Shown here piece after piece: positions 33,700-56,060 of a stretch of 64,000 nt of DNA (its first letter is position 1; every line of letters starts with the position of its first letter). The DNA is taken from NCBI RefSeq assembly GCF_009914755.1, contig NC_060931.1. One strand, given 5' to 3'. Position numbers and translations under genes: made by a program. Under the pieces are notes generated by a model. The model did not search any database, had not been told where the DNA came from, and was given only the letters and a program-made list of their open reading frames with translations. Source of the DNA: the human T2T-CHM13v2.0 reference genome, Homo sapiens.

Positions 33700-36600
33700 C
33701 TTGAAGACACAGCAATAGAAATGTCCCAACATAGAAAACACAAAAGAAAAAAAGAATAGTCACTTTCAAAGAACAGAGCTTCAGTGAGCTCTGGGACAAC
33801 CTCAAGTGGAATGTATATGTAACTGGATTCACTAAAAATAAAAGGGGGTCAGGACAGAAAAAATATTGGAATCAATAATGGCCAAAAATTTTCCAAATTT
33901 TATGAAAACTGTAAGCACAAGAACCCAAGAAGTTCAGTGAACCCCAAGCAAATAAGACATCCACAAGAAGAAACATGATAATCAGGTTGATCAAAATGAA
34001 TGATAAAAGGACAATTCTTAAAGCAGCCAGAGGAAAAAAAACATATGTTATGTCCAGAGAAACAAAGGTAAGGATGACAACAGATTTTTCTGAAGAATTA
34101 ATGTGACAGAGAAGACAGTGAAACAACATTTACAAAGTACAATCATGTGTCACTTAACAATGGGGATATATTCTGAGAAGTGCACCATTAAGCTACTTCA
34201 TCATTCTGTGAACATTGTAGAGTGTACTTACACAAACCTAAATGGTACAGCCTACTACACACCTAGGCTGTATGATATGGCCTATTGCTCCTAGACTACA
34301 AACCTGTAGAGCATGCTACTGTAGTGAATACTGTAGGCAACTGTAACACACTGGTAAGTATTTGTGTATCTAAACATACTAAACACAGAAAAAAAATACA
34401 GTAAAAATAGGGTGCTATACTCTTATGGGACCAACATCGCATATGTGGTCTGTTGTTGACCAAAACATCATTATGTGACACATGACTGTATTAGAAGAAA
34501 AACTGTCAAATTAAAATTATTTTTCAAAATTACCTTTCAAAAATGAAGGCAAAATAAAAGCTTTTCCAGACATTCAGTAGCTCAGTTTGTTGCCAGCAGA
34601 CCTGAACTACAAAAAAAAAAAAAAAAGTTAAAAAAGGAGAATGATATCAGAGAAAAATACTGATCTTTTCAAAGGAATTAAGATCATCAAAAATGGTAAC
34701 CACATGAGTAAATATATAGGGTATTTTTCTTATTAATTAAATACCTTTAAAATATAATTGACTGCTTAAACAAAAATAATAACAATATAGATTGAGTTTT
34801 GCAATATATGCAAAAGTAAAACCTGTGAGAACAATAGGACAAAAAATCAGGAGAGGAAAAATGGAAAGATACTATTATAAAATGTTTATGCTCTATGTAA
34901 AGTGATATGATATCACTTCAAGGTGAACTGAGGCAAGCAAAAGCTCTATACTATAAACTCTAAGTCAACCAATAAAATAACAAAGAGTTATAGATAATAA
35001 GCCAACAGAGAGAGGAAAAATGGAATTTTTTAAAAGTTCAATTAATATAAATGAAGGCAGTAAAAAGGGAAACAAAGAACAAATGCGACAAATTTGAAAA
35101 ATAGTAAGATGATAGATTTAAATCTAAAGAAGTCAATAATCTAAATATTAGAGTACATGGTCTGAATATCCTCAGTTAAAAGGCAGTGATTGTCAGAGTG
35201 GATTTAAAAAGCAAAGCTTATCTATATTTTGCCTACATGAATCTTGCACTAAATATAAAGACAGCTGGCTTAAGCAGAAAAGGATGAAAAAAGATATTCT
35301 ATAATGACACTAATCAAAAGATACTTGGAATGACAATATTAATATCAGACAAAGTAGACTTCAAAGGAAAAAATATTATCAGGAATGAAGAAGGACATTC
35401 TACAATGATAAAGCCATCAATTCATCAAGAGGACATAACAATCTAAAACTTTTATGTGTGTAATAACAGAATTCCAAAACACATGAAGCAAAAATTGACA
35501 GAATTGCAATAATAAAAAGAAAAACTCACAAATATGGCCAGAGATTTTAATGCCCCTCTCAATAATTAATAGTATAGAAGATAGGTATGGAAAAATAATA
35601 ATAATAGTACAAGTAGACAAAAAAATCAGTAAAGATAGAGAAGATTTGAACACCATTGTATTAGTTTCCTATGGCTGCTGCAAGAAATTCCTACAAGCTT
35701 CGTGTCTTAATACAAGCCATTTATTCTCTCACAGTTCTGGAAATCAACAGTCCAAAATCAGTTTCATGGGGCTGAAATCAAGGTGATGGTAGTGCCCTAC
35801 TTCTCCAAAATCTCTAAGGGAAATATTTTTTTGCCTTTTGCAGCTTTTAGAGCTGCTCATGGCCCCTTCCTTCATCTTCAAAGCCAGCAGCACAGCATCT
35901 TGCTTCAGTCCTCACATTGCCCTCTTTTTCTGTGCCTTCCCTCTGCTTCTCTTAAAATTTATATTTAGAGTCCATCTGGACAATCAAAAATAATCTCTTT
36001 ATCTCAAGATCCTTAACTCAATTACATCTGCAATGTCCCTTTTTGACATATAAAGTAACATCCACAGGTATGTCCTGGGCAATAAGACATGGATATCTTT
36101 GGGGGCATTATTCAGTGTGCCAACATTGTCAACCAATTTGACCTAATTGACATTTATAGAACATTCCACTTAATAACAGCAGAATACACATTTTCAAGTC
36201 CAATATGCTTAGTTTCCTGTTGCTGCTGTTACCATAAATTTAGTAGCTTAAAACAACAAAAATTTATTATCTTACAGTTTTGGAACTTAGAGGTTCAACA
36301 TGAGTCTCAAGTTGTTGGTGAGGATGAGTTCTTTTCTGGAGGCTGTACTGGAGAATCAATTTCCTTGCCTTTTGCAGCTTCTAGAGATCACCTGCATTCC
36401 TTGGCTTATGGCCCAGTTCCACCTTCAAAGCCAATGACAATGGATTGAGTCCTTCTCACATCAAATCACTATGAACTTCTTTTCCGCATCTCTCTCCACT
36501 TTTAAGGGCCATTGTGATTACACTGGGGGTACCCAGACAATCCAAAATAATCTATTTTAAATGCAGCTAATTAGCAATCTTCCCCCCCCCCCCCACCATA

Positions 36601-39600
36601 TTACTCCAGCAGTAAAACCAAGCCTCCAGCTTCTGCCTGGAAGGGGCTTGTCTACACATTGAGCACCCCAACTTGTACAGCTCCCACTTGAGAGACTAGC
36701 TCCTAAATCACTTATCTCTGGGAACTGACATGACTTAGCATTTACAAGTCCCCCCAGACCACAGAGAACAAAGAATTGATTTGATTTTAAATGGGAATAG
36801 GAGCACCTGTAGTGGCTACTTCCCCTGGCTCGGCACAGAACAAGAAGGCAAAACACCCAGTTTCCAGTTTCTCCCTGGAAGGGGTTCAACTGCAAACCTA
36901 ACATCTTAACTTTCACTGCTGCTTCCCAGGATCAAGCCTTTAATTAGCCTGCATCTGGGAGCTGATGGGGCAGGCAATAAGTACTTCTCTGGGAGCCTGA
37001 AGGGAACTATAGGCACTTCCCACAAATCCTCTTCTCAGCTTGCTCTAGAGATAGTACCAAGCCTCCATCTGACTCACCTGTCTCTGACAGCCAATGGGAA
37101 TCAATATTCATTAGGCCCCTGAGGGAAACAAAGAGCAGACCAAAGGGTTGAAAGAGTGTACAGTCTGAACGAGAGTGCAGGAATCTGACACAGATAGTCT
37201 CCATGCCTTATTCCAGAACAAGGGCAAATACACTTCAGTTCCAAGCTTCTCCCTGAAGAGAGAAAAAAAAAACTGGACCACACATCTAGCACCATAAATT
37301 TTCCAGCTTCTTCTCAAAGTATTCACTTCTTTTTGAATTGTCTCAGGGCACTAATGGGATATGGAACACATTAATCTTCTGGGGCCCATGAAGAACATAG
37401 GCAATGGTTTGGACAAGCACAAAGATTTGGGAGGCACCCAGAATCACTGGCCATACTGATTTGTGTGGTTTATTCCTACACAAGACTGGAGAGGTAGCTG
37501 TTTTATCTAATGCACAGAAACCAACACAGAATCAAGGAAAATGAAGAAACAGGAAAATACGTTTCAAACAACAACAACAACAACAAAACAAAAAACAAAA
37601 CAAAACAAAAAAAGATAAAACTCCAGAAGTCAACTTAATAAAATAGTGACAAGTCATTTACCCAGCAGGGAATTCAAAATAATGGTCTTAAAAATATTCA
37701 CTGAGGTCAGGAGAGAAAGGCATGAACAAAGTGAGACTTTCAACACACAGATAGAAAATGTTTAAACATACCAAACAGAAGTGATACAGCCGAAGAATAC
37801 AATGCCTGAACTGAAAAATTCAACAGAGAAGTTCAGCAGCAGACTAAACCAAGCAGAAGAAAGCATCAGTGAACTTGAAGACAGGCCATTGGAAATCATC
37901 CAATCAGAGGAGCAAAAAGAAATAAGAATGAAAGAGTGAAGATACCTTAAGGGACTTATGGGACACATAAAGCCGACCAATGTATACATTATTAGAGACC
38001 CAAAAGAAGAGAAAAAAGAAAGTGAAAGAAAGTATTAAGTTGGTAAAAGAGTAATTGCAGTTTTTGCAATACATCTGCAAAAAAACGCAATTACTCTTGC
38101 ACCAACCTAATATATTCCAAGAGATAATAGCTAAAAACATCCCAAGCCTGGGGGAGTAAATAGAAATCCAGATCCAGGAAGCCCAAAGGATACTAAATAA
38201 AGTGAATCCAAAAAGACCCATTATAATTAAATTGTCAGAAGTTAAAGACAGAGAATTTTGAAATCAGAAAGAGAAAAGCAACCTACTACATACAAGGGAA
38301 TCTTCATAAGACTATTAGTAGATTTTTCAGCAGTAACCTTGCAGGTAAGAAGTGCATGGAATGATATACTCAGAGTGCTGGGAGTGGGGAACTGCCAATC
38401 AAGAATACTGTGTCAAGCAAATCTAACCTTAAAAAAATGAAAAAGAGATTAAGACTTTCTCAGAAAAACAAAAGCTCGGGGAGTTTATTACTGCTAGACC
38501 TACCTTACAAGAAATGCTAAAGAGAGCTCTTCAAGTTTAATTAAAAGAGTACTAAACAGCAACACACGTGCATAAGAAGGAATGAAGCTCACTGGTAAAG
38601 GTAAATATAGACAAAAATAGAATATTGTATTACTATAATGGAGGTGGTAAATCACTTTTAATTCTACTATAAAAGCTAAAAGGAAAAAACATTAAAATGT
38701 CTATAAATGATATTAATAGACACATAATACAAATAGATGTACATTGTTACATCAACAGAATATAATTTGGAGGGAAGAGGGATCAAAGCAGTTATTGTAT
38801 GCAAATGAAGTTATTATCAGCTCAAAATAGACTGTTACAACTATAAGACATTTTATGTAAGCTCCTTGGTAGCCACAAAGAAAACACCTATAGAAGTTAC
38901 ACAAAAGAAAAACATAAAGAAATCAAAACCAATTAATTAAAAATGAAACAGAGCAAGAGATAAAAATAGGGACAAAAGGGCTGTAAGACAAAGAGAAAAC
39001 AGTTAATCAAATGGTAATAATAAATCCCTCCTTATCAATAATTATTTTAAACAAATGAACTAAACTTCCCAATAAAATGATATAGAGTCACTAAATGGAT
39101 AAAAAAAATCAAGATCAAACTATCTGCTGTCAACAAGAAACTCACTTTAGATTTAAGGACACACAGAGGCTGAAAGGAAAGGGATGAGAAAGGATATTTC
39201 ATATAAACAGTAACCAAAGGAGAGCAGGAATGGCTCTGCTTATATAAGATAAAGCAGAGTTTCAGTTAAAAAAAAAAACTGTTTTTAGATACAAAAAAGA
39301 TCATTACATAATGGTAAAAGAGTCAATTTAACAGAAACATATAACAATACTAAATATAAATGTGTCCGACATCAGAGCATCTAAGTATATAAAGCAAATA
39401 TTGACAGATTGAAAAGGAGAGGTTGACAGCAATACAATAATAGTAGAAGACTTCAATATCCTACTTTCAATAGTGAATAGGACATCAGACATAAAATCAA
39501 CAAAGAGACAATGGAACTGAACTACACTATAGGGCAAATGGACCTAATAGATTTATACAGAACTTTTTATCCAACAGGAGAAGAATATATATTCTTCTCA

Positions 39601-40290
39601 TTCATACATGGAACATTCTCCAGAATAGATCACATTTCAGGTCACAAAGCAAATCTTAACAAATTTAAGAAGATTGAAATCATTCCAGATATACTATCCA
39701 ACCACAATAGAATGAAGCTAGAAATCAATAAAAGCAATAAAAATGGGAAATTTCATGAATACATGAAAACTAACACACTCTTGAATAATCACTGGGTAAA
39801 AGAAGAAATCAGAGAAATTTTAAAACTATCTTGAGAGAAGTAAAAATGAAAATATAATTTATCAAAAGTTACAGGATACAGCAAAAGGAGTTCCAAGAAC
39901 GAAATTTATAGCAATGTGGAAGCATCTGAAGACCATTATCTTAAGCAAACTAACACAGGAACAGAAAACCAAATACCATGTGTTCTCACTTATAATGGGA
40001 GCTAAACATTGAATACACATGGACACAAAAATGGGAACAATAGACACTGGGGATTACTTGAGTGGGGAGGGTGGGAAGGGGGAGAGGTTGGAAGGCTACC
40101 TATCGGGTACTGCGCTCACTACCTTGATGATGAGATCATTCATACACCAAGCCTCAGTGACACACACTGTACTCATGTAACAAACCTGTACATATACCCC
40201 CTTAACCCAAAATAAAACTAGAAAAAAAAGAAGAGCAATCTCAAATAAGCAACCTAACTTTACACGTCAAATTACTATAAAGACAACAAA
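33700..40290 (+). mobile_element. Nested old L1M remnants (ORF1/ORF2) with MLT1 LTR insertions (~35657-36120, ~36205-36560) and an L1 3' end (~39918-40230)
   Basis: Degenerate L1 peptides (DLIDLYRTFYPT..FSRIDHI; IRLLVDFSAVTLQVR) and MLT1 termini tgtattagtttcctatggctgctg. Confidence 0.7.
34140..34488 (-). mobile_element. Tigger3a/MER7A-like TcMar-Tigger element
   Basis: TA-flanked terminal inverted repeats ca(a/g)tcatgtgtcac...gtgacacatgactg. Confidence 0.8.
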
Positions 40291-40294
40291 TAGA

Positions 40295-47184
<6,890 letters not shown>

Positions 47185-47190
<6 letters not shown>

Positions 47191-49347
47191 GAGCTATTTA
47201 TGACAAACCTATAGCCAATATCATACTGACTGTGCAAAAGCTGGAAGCACTCCCTTTGAAAACTGGCACAAGACAAAGATGCCCTCTCTCACCACTCCTA
47301 TTCAACATAGTATTGGAAGTTCTGGCCAAGGCAATCAGGCAAGAGAAAGAAACAAAGGATATACAAATAGGAAGTGAGGAAGTCAAATTGTCTCTGTTTG
47401 CAGGTGACATGATTGTATATTTAGAAAACCCCATTGTCTCAGCCCTAAAACTCCTTAAGCTCATGAGTAACTTCAGCAAAGTCTCAGGATACAAAATCAA
47501 TGTGCAAAAATCACAAGCATTCCTATACACCAATAACAGACAAACAGAGAGCCAAATCATGAGTGAATTCCCATTCACAATTGCTACAAAGTATATTAAA
47601 TACCTAGGAATACAGCTTACAAGGGATGTGAACAACCTCTTCAAGGAGAACTATAAACCACTGCTCAAGGAAATAAGAGAGGACATAAACAAATGGAAAA
47701 ACATTCCATGCTCATGGATAGGAAGAATCAACATTGTGAAAATGGCCATACTGCCCAAAGTAATTCATAGATTCAATGCTATTCCCATCAAGCTACCATT
47801 GACTTTCTTCACAGAACAAGAAAAAACTACTTTAAATTTCATATAGAACCAAAGAAGAGACTGTATAGCCAAGACAATCCTAAGCAAAAAGATCAAGATC
47901 AAAGCTGGTGGCATCACACTACCTGACTTCAAACTATACTACAAGGCTACAGTAACCAAAACAGCATGGTACTGGTACCAAAACAGATATATAGACCAAT
48001 GGAACAAAACAGAGGCCTCAGAAATAACACTACACATATACAACCATCTGATCTCCAACAAATCTGACCAAAACAAGCAATGGGGAAAGGATTCCCTATT
48101 TAACAAGTGGCGCTGGGAAAACTGGCTAGCCATATGCAGAAAACTGAAACTGGACCCCTTCCTCACACCTTACGCCTTATACAAAAAATAACTCAAGATG
48201 TATTAAAGACTTAAATGTCAAACCTAAAGCCATAAAAACCGTAGAAGAAAACCTAGGCAATACCCTTCAAGACATAGGCATGGTAAAGACTTCATGACTA
48301 AAACACCAAAAGCAATTGCAAGAAAAGCCAAAACTGACAAATGGGATCTAATTAAACTAAAGAGCTTCTGCACAGCAAAAGAAACTATTATCAGAGTGAA
48401 CAGACAACCTACAGAATGGGAGAAAATTTTTGCAATCTATCCATGTGACAAAGTCTAATATCCAGAATCTACAAAGAACTTAAACAAATTTACAAGAAAA
48501 AAAACAAACAACCCTATCAAAAATTGGGTGAAGGATATGAACAGACACTTCTCAAAAGAAGACATTTATGTGACAAACATATAAAAAAAACCTCATCATC
48601 ACTGGTCATTAGAGAAATGCAAATCAAAACCACAATGAGATACCGTCTCACACCAGTTAGAGTGGCGATCATTAAAAAGTCAGGAAACAGATGCTGGAGA
48701 GGATGTGGAGAAATAGGAATGCTTTTACACTGTTGGTGGGAGTGTAAAGTAGTTCAACCATTGTGGAAAACAGTGTGGCAATTCCTCAAGGATCTAAAAC
48801 CAGAAATACCATTTGACCCAGCAATCCCATTACTGGGTATATACCCAAAGGATTATAAATTATTCTGCTATAAAGACACATGCATATATATGTTTATTAC
48901 AGCACTGTTCACAATAGCAAAGACTTGGAACCAACCCAAATGCCCATCAGTGATAGACTGGATAAAGAAAGTGTGGCCCATATATACCATGGAATACTAT
49001 GCAGCCATAAAAAGTATGAGTTCATGTCCTTTGTAGGGACATGGATGAAGCTGGAAACCATCATTCTCAGGAAACTAACACAGGAACAGAAAACCGAACA
49101 CTGCATGTTCTCACTCATAAGTGGGAGTTGAACAATGAGAACACATGGACACAGGGAGGGGAACATCACACATGGGGGCCTGTCGGGGGTTGGGGAGGCA
49201 AGTGGAGGGAGAGCATTGGGACAAATACCTTAAAACCTAGATGACAGGTTGATGGGTGCAGCAGACCACCATGGCAAATGTATACCTATGTAACAAACCT
49301 GCATGTTCTGCACATGTATCCCAGAATGTAAAGTACATTAAATAAAA
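47185..49347 (+). mobile_element. L1PA7/8-like 3' portion (~2.15 kb)
   Basis: ORF2 RT region (ORF 47232-47846) through 3'UTR and aataaaaa. Confidence 0.9.
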
Positions 49348-49349
49348 AT

Positions 49350-49591
49350 TTTTAAGTATGCAGCTCCTTCCCATTCTCTCTTGCTCCTACTCCAGCCATG
49401 AGATGTGTGTGCTTCCCCTCTGGCTTCTGCCATGATTGTAAGTTTCCTGAGGCCTCCCCAGAAGCCAAGGAGATGCCAGCATCATGCTCCCTGTACAGGC
49501 TGTGGAACCGTGAGCCAATTAAATCTCTTTTCTTTATAAATTACCCAATCTCGGGTATTTCTTTAAAGCAGCGTGAGGACGGACTAATACA
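49350..49591 (+). mobile_element. MST/THE1-type MaLR LTR, 3' half only
   Basis: ccatgattgtaagtttcctgaggcctccccagaagc...ttctttataaattaccca...ggactaataca. Confidence 0.85.
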
Positions 49592-51489
49592 TTTTCTTCA
49601 CTGCATTTATAAGGATACGGAAGAAAACAATGAACATGCAAAGACTGGAAAGAGAGGAAGGAAGCATTAATACAGGGTACAAAAGGAAGCCGGAGTTCTA
49701 GATATAATTCTGAGACTCAAGTGTAGTCAGGGTCTGAGCTTCACCTGGGTTTCCACAACTGATAGTAAGTATCAATGAATAATAATAGGCAACAAAGCCC
49801 AGAGACAGTGAGACATAATCAAGAGCTAATAGAAATGTAGAGGAAAATAAAGACAGAAACGGTTACTTTTCAATAGGAAGAAGATCCCAGAAAGCACCAG
49901 TAGGAAAGTGGAAATGTGGGACGGGAAGGGATAGTAGCCAATGCAAGTTGCATTAATGAGCACATTACCACTGTATACGGTGATGAGGATGTTCCCACTG
50001 CAGACAACTGGGTCTCAGTCCTGCTGGGGACTCAGCAATTTGTATGCAGTACATCACAGAGTTGTCTCACGTGGTGGACAACTTGATAAGTTGTGGTGTT
50101 TATCCATAAGTCCTAACTGACATTGATTGAAATCTGCTCCTAGGATATCAGCTCTGACAACTTCAGGCTGCTGCATGCATTACCTACATATACTTTTGTA
50201 GTCAGATAAACCCTCTGACAGAGAGTTATGAGTGGCTGAAGTAAGACATCATACACATGCATGGAAACAATAAATGGCCCGGAGCTGTTGAAGAGGCTCT
50301 GAAAGCGTCTTTATGAAAGGTACACGTCAAGTATCAAAGACTTATTCAAAGCTGATCTATGTGGCTTGGGCTAGGATGAGGCTAGTGAGAAGCCCTAGGC
50401 ACCTCACTCTTAAGAAAACACTCACTCCCAGGGTCACCCACCTACAAGATCTGCACTTGGGTGACCTGAGAGTGAGTGCCTCCTTAAGCTGTGTGCTCTA
50501 GATGCCCCACCTGCCTCACAATAGCCCCAGCCCTGCCGGTCTACTGGGAGAATGACAGGCTCCCTGTTTCAGCAATGATGAATGGAAACAGTGGACATGT
50601 CAGATATCCAGGAGACTCTGTGCCCCCAAAAAGATGGGAAACAGTAAAAGCTGGGTCTCTTCCCTACCAGAAAAAAAGTGGTCTGGCATGAAAGAGGTTA
50701 AAAAGCAGATCCTATCCAGTAGGGTAAGACTCGGGTTATTGTCTTCCCCATATACTCCAGAAAGCCAACTCCAGAAAGTTTAAATGAGTTAGGTGAGGTC
50801 CTATAGCTGGTTAATGACCTAACCAGATATGCAGCCTGCTCCTCTGTAGCCTTCTTACCACCCAGTGATTCGCTTTTTTGCTGACCTCATGATGCTCTTG
50901 AGAGAAGATAGAATAACTAGAACTGGTGATACCAACATAGACGACTAGACTAAAGCCTCCTAATAAGGCTAAATTGAAGATAGTGCGAAGGTGTTCATCC
51001 TCAACATACCAGTTCACCCTCAAGTCCTTCAATAGCTGGGAAAGCCCTCCTCTCTCAGAGAATGATAAGACTTTGCCTTCAGGTTTTTCTGGCAGACTGG
51101 ATCTGGGGCTGGCACTGGCCACATGAATGTCTAATTAATGGACAGATGATGAGAACAGCTATTACGTTATTTGTTCCGGGGCAGGAGACTCTCTGGGCCT
51201 ATTTTATATGGGGAAATGTCCCTATAGGGCAAAGGCAACTGAAGATTAGCTCAGTAATCAATTTTAGAAGTACAGTCAGGCCTCAGAGACTACAACATCC
51301 CTCCCTTCTTAGAGCATGGCAAGATATTTGACATCATGAGGCCCTGCTGGAGACACATAACCTCAGTCACAGCAGAAAGTAGAGTCGGTAGGAGAAGTAT
51401 TGCCAACCCACAGCTCAATGGGAAATGTTTCTGTCTCTTTAAACCATAACCATGGGGCCCACCCTGAGCTTCCTGATTTCTGAAGTCTG

Positions 51490-51600
51490 AGTGATTTCCT
51501 CCGTGTGCCGAGAGGAAACAGCCTTCTGCACTCACAGCCGAAGGGAAAGCAGCAGGTTGGGGCTTCTTGTGGCCAACTTCAGAGCCTGTCACCAGGAAAG
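51490..51600 (+). other. GIMAP1: GIMAP1 non-coding exon 1 (5' end approximate)
   Basis: Ends at donor AAG|GTGAG (intron starts 51601). ETS-like TTTCCT and GAGGAAA motifs at ~51495-51520. Confidence 0.75.
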
Positions 51601-53957
51601 GTGAGCCTGAGCCTGGGAGTGGCGGGGGCTGGGGGTGCTCTGAGAACCAGAAAGAACATGATTCCTAGAGTGTTTACTGCCTGAACACTTGCATTCTACA
51701 AGGCATCATGCAGGCGAGCAAGATCTGGAACAATCAAGGACATACTTCCAGGTTTTTAAGTAGGCAAAGTTCAGAGGAAATTTTAGGATCATCTTCTCCA
51801 GCTCTGGAGCACACACGTTCTTGGTGGGGAGTGAAATCTGTCTCCTCCCACATTCCCTTAACAAAGTAAGAAAAGAGTGTGCTGGAACCACCTCCAGGAA
51901 TAAAATACAGTTTGAAAGGCATTAAACATTCCTCAAGCTCCCTATTGAGCAAAGGCAAAAGATATTTCTATGGCCCCATAAGCCATCTAACCTCGGAGTG
52001 AGTTACGACGTGACAAGACTGGGTACATTTGAACTCTCCTCCTCACTGTCCACAGAAGGGGCCCCTGAGGAGACATCTGAGATTAATATCTTGGTCTTCA
52101 ACCCCTTTCCCTGCATGGCCCCTTAAACATCTGCTCCCTTAATTCAAGCTTCTCCTGCTCCAGCCACGGGGACACCTCAAATTCCCATCTGTACAATAAA
52201 GGGGGTTGCAAAAATGACTGATGTCCAAGTTCTGAGCTGTGGACATCAGAAACATTTAATTCATGAATCAGAATCTCAGGATGGATCCAAGAGATGTACA
52301 TTTTTAAAGAACATTCAAGTAATTCTGAGAAGCAGCACATTTGAGCGGTGAAGAACTCAATAAACTTTGCGGTCTCTTAAAGTGTTAGGAATACAGGATT
52401 CTATAAGTGTACATTCCTCAATGATTAAGGGCCATTTGTCACCTCAGAGTTCAGCTGGGTCTTACTTTCCTTTAAAAAAAAAAACTATTTAAAATCATTT
52501 CAACCCCTCTTCTAAACTATGGAAAATTCCAAAGGCCTATCCAGAATTCTGCAGCACTGGAAAAAGAAATTCTCATTTTCTTGGTTGACAAGGACATTTT
52601 GCTTCATCTAAATTCTTTTCTCTGAATCTTGCAACTGTTTCTTCATTTCTGCTTTGATGTCATTTATGATCATCTGTTCATTCCTACATGCAAAATAATT
52701 AATCACATAAGGCCCATGGAGTGAATTTTATTGAAGGCTTTGGGGAGGGCCAGTAGAGTTCCTGCAGAAACAGAAACAGCTCTAGATTTAATATGAGGCA
52801 AATCTGTTCTCCAAGTCCTTCAATCAAAGACAAGTTACTCAGCCAGCCTCTCTCTCTGCCCCTCCTTCATGTGTGGTGCCAATGGGAGAGAACACAGGTA
52901 TCCAAGTGACCAGGGTGCAAGACACAACAAGTTTGACATGGATGGTGAGGCACAGACAGATGGTCGGGGAGGATCAATAGTCCTAGGAGGGGAAGCCGAG
53001 TGGGTTGGAAAGGCCCTGAAATCTGCTGATTGTGAAGTAGCTGACCGAGTGGGGTATTGTCTGGGAATGAGGCTGGAGACATAGATGCAGGGAGAAGTGA
53101 ATTTGTGTTCAGGAGCTTGTGTGATTAGGCAAACTGGATCACAGAGGGTTTAGCTGTATTACACAATGTTAGATTTCAGCATAATCACATTTGGAGGGGA
53201 AGCAACTTCAGGAGTTGAAGGGAAGTGTTCAAGTCTCTCCAGCACAGATATCGTATTTAGACATCTCTAAACAAACCAAATTATTTGATTTTAAGAAAAC
53301 AGAGTTAGGGGCCCTCCAGATCTACTTGGGAGATCTGTTCAATTTCCAAAAGAAAAATCCCAATTTTCTTCTTTCTTCCCAGGTCAGCCACTTGAAGGTG
53401 GGTGCCTAAGTCACTGGGCACATTTTCTGGTTCTGAGGGTTTACCTAATCTTCCCCCAGCTGCTGAATCCCCTGATATCTCTAGCTTATGTCAGTGATAT
53501 AGAATCACCCAGGGAAAAGTAATACCTAAAGCCCATTGGCATTGAGTAAATGTTATAACCGACCCTCTGCTTTTTGCTTTTGGAGTTCCTGAAAAGACAA
53601 ATCTAGCCTCACCCAATGTTCTCACAGCATCCTACCAACTCAAGGGCAGGGTGTTGGCCCTTCCAAGGCCATTCTCTCAAGTTCCGATATAATCCTTACT
53701 TAAAGAAGGATTAGCACAATGTATTATATTTGACGAAATTTACCTGTCTTCTCTCTAGCCACGTGCCCTTCTGCCAAGACATACACCTAGATTTTTAGAT
53801 CCTTGCAAGCAAAAACCATGTCTTTTCACTGTGCTGTCACCAGCTCTTTGGACTTTGCCTGACACCCTGTAGGTGGTTATGCCTATTTGTGGTTATGCCT
53901 ATTTGAGGAATAAATAAATGAATTAACAAATTGTGTTTGGGACTCTTCCAGGTAAGC

Positions 53958-54000
53958 ATGGGAGGAAGGAAGATGGCGACAGATGAAGAAAATGTCTATG
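53958..54000 (+). CDS. GIMAP1: GIMAP1 coding exon 2 (MGGRKMATDEENVY-G)
   Basis: Acceptor TTCCAG ends at 53951, ATG at 53958, phase-1 donor ATG|GTAAG at 54001. In frame with exon 3 (G+GT = Gly). Confidence 0.92.
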
Positions 54001-54872
54001 GTAAGACCATATCTCTACACCTCATACTTGCCCCCCTAGGCTTGAACTTAGGGTAATAAGGAGAATGGGGCTTCCTCAAGACTGAACAGAGATAAGTTCC
54101 AGAGGTGTCTCAACTCTGGGATGAAACAGCACCAGCCCTGAGATCTGCATTTTAGCTGGATCTCTGCTGTGAGAAGTTAAGTTCTGTGACTAGCCTGCTC
54201 CCTTGGTTCCACAGTATAAAATAAGGATAATAAACCTACTCCGATCACCGCAGAAGAAGTGCAGAGGGGATTAAATCATGCACTACAGTGAACATGATTT
54301 GTGAGGTAGAATGTTTAGAGAACAAGGATAGAGGGTTAAAACATATATTCTTTTTAGGCAGCCAGTTTAAGAGAGAGATAAGAGAGGAAGGAGAGAAAGA
54401 GGGAGAGAAAGAGAGAAGAAGGAAAGAGGGCTTATTTCACCCCCTCAACAGGCCTCTGAGAAACAGGCCCCTATTATCGCTCCCACTTTTGCCGAAGAGG
54501 CTTAATACTTAGATTATGCAGCTTCCCCAAGGTTACACAACCAGCACGTGGTGGGGCTGTGATTCAAACCAGGGTATCTGGGACTCCACACAGCTCTTCA
54601 CTACCAGGCAGTATTGCCCCCACTGCCTGTCTCTGGGGATGGTCTCTGGGAGAATATTTCAGAGTCCATCGAAATTTTCAAATATGAAATAAATATGTCT
54701 GCATGTGTGTGGATGACCAGAAATGTCAGATGAACTATTGGGCTGGACTGATAAAGAAGCATTTCTATGATAATCAACTGTAGTTGGAGCATCTACTGGT
54801 GCAGGCAGACAACCCAAATACAAAAGGAAAAGGTGGAAATGAACGCCCAGGCGTTCAAATCTCTATTCTTAA

Positions 54873-55835
<963 letters not shown>

Positions 55836-56054
55836 CAGCGCAGGTCCTAAAACTGAAGGCAACTTGGTTAAGGGAGGCTGAATTCTTGGAGCTGAAGGGA
55901 AAACTTCATTCCAACGGAAGGAATCCTGTAGTTTCAGGCATAGTTTTAATGACACAGAAAACTTTGCTGCATCACCTTTGCAACTTTGCCAAAGCTCAGA
56001 GTTCACTTTTTAAGTTTTTAACTCATTTTAAATGATGTGTATGCAGAGTTTTAA

Positions 56055-56060
56055 AATAAA
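56055..56060 (+). terminator. Candidate GIMAP1 proximal polyA signal (further AATAAA at 56265 and 59165)
   Basis: AATAAA hexamers downstream of the stop codon. Which one is used cannot be told from sequence. Confidence 0.5.

Noticed and set aside
50811-51122. 103-aa minus-strand ORF with a hydrophobic stretch upstream of GIMAP1
   Set aside because: Non-ATG start, no recognisable homology and no splice or promoter support.
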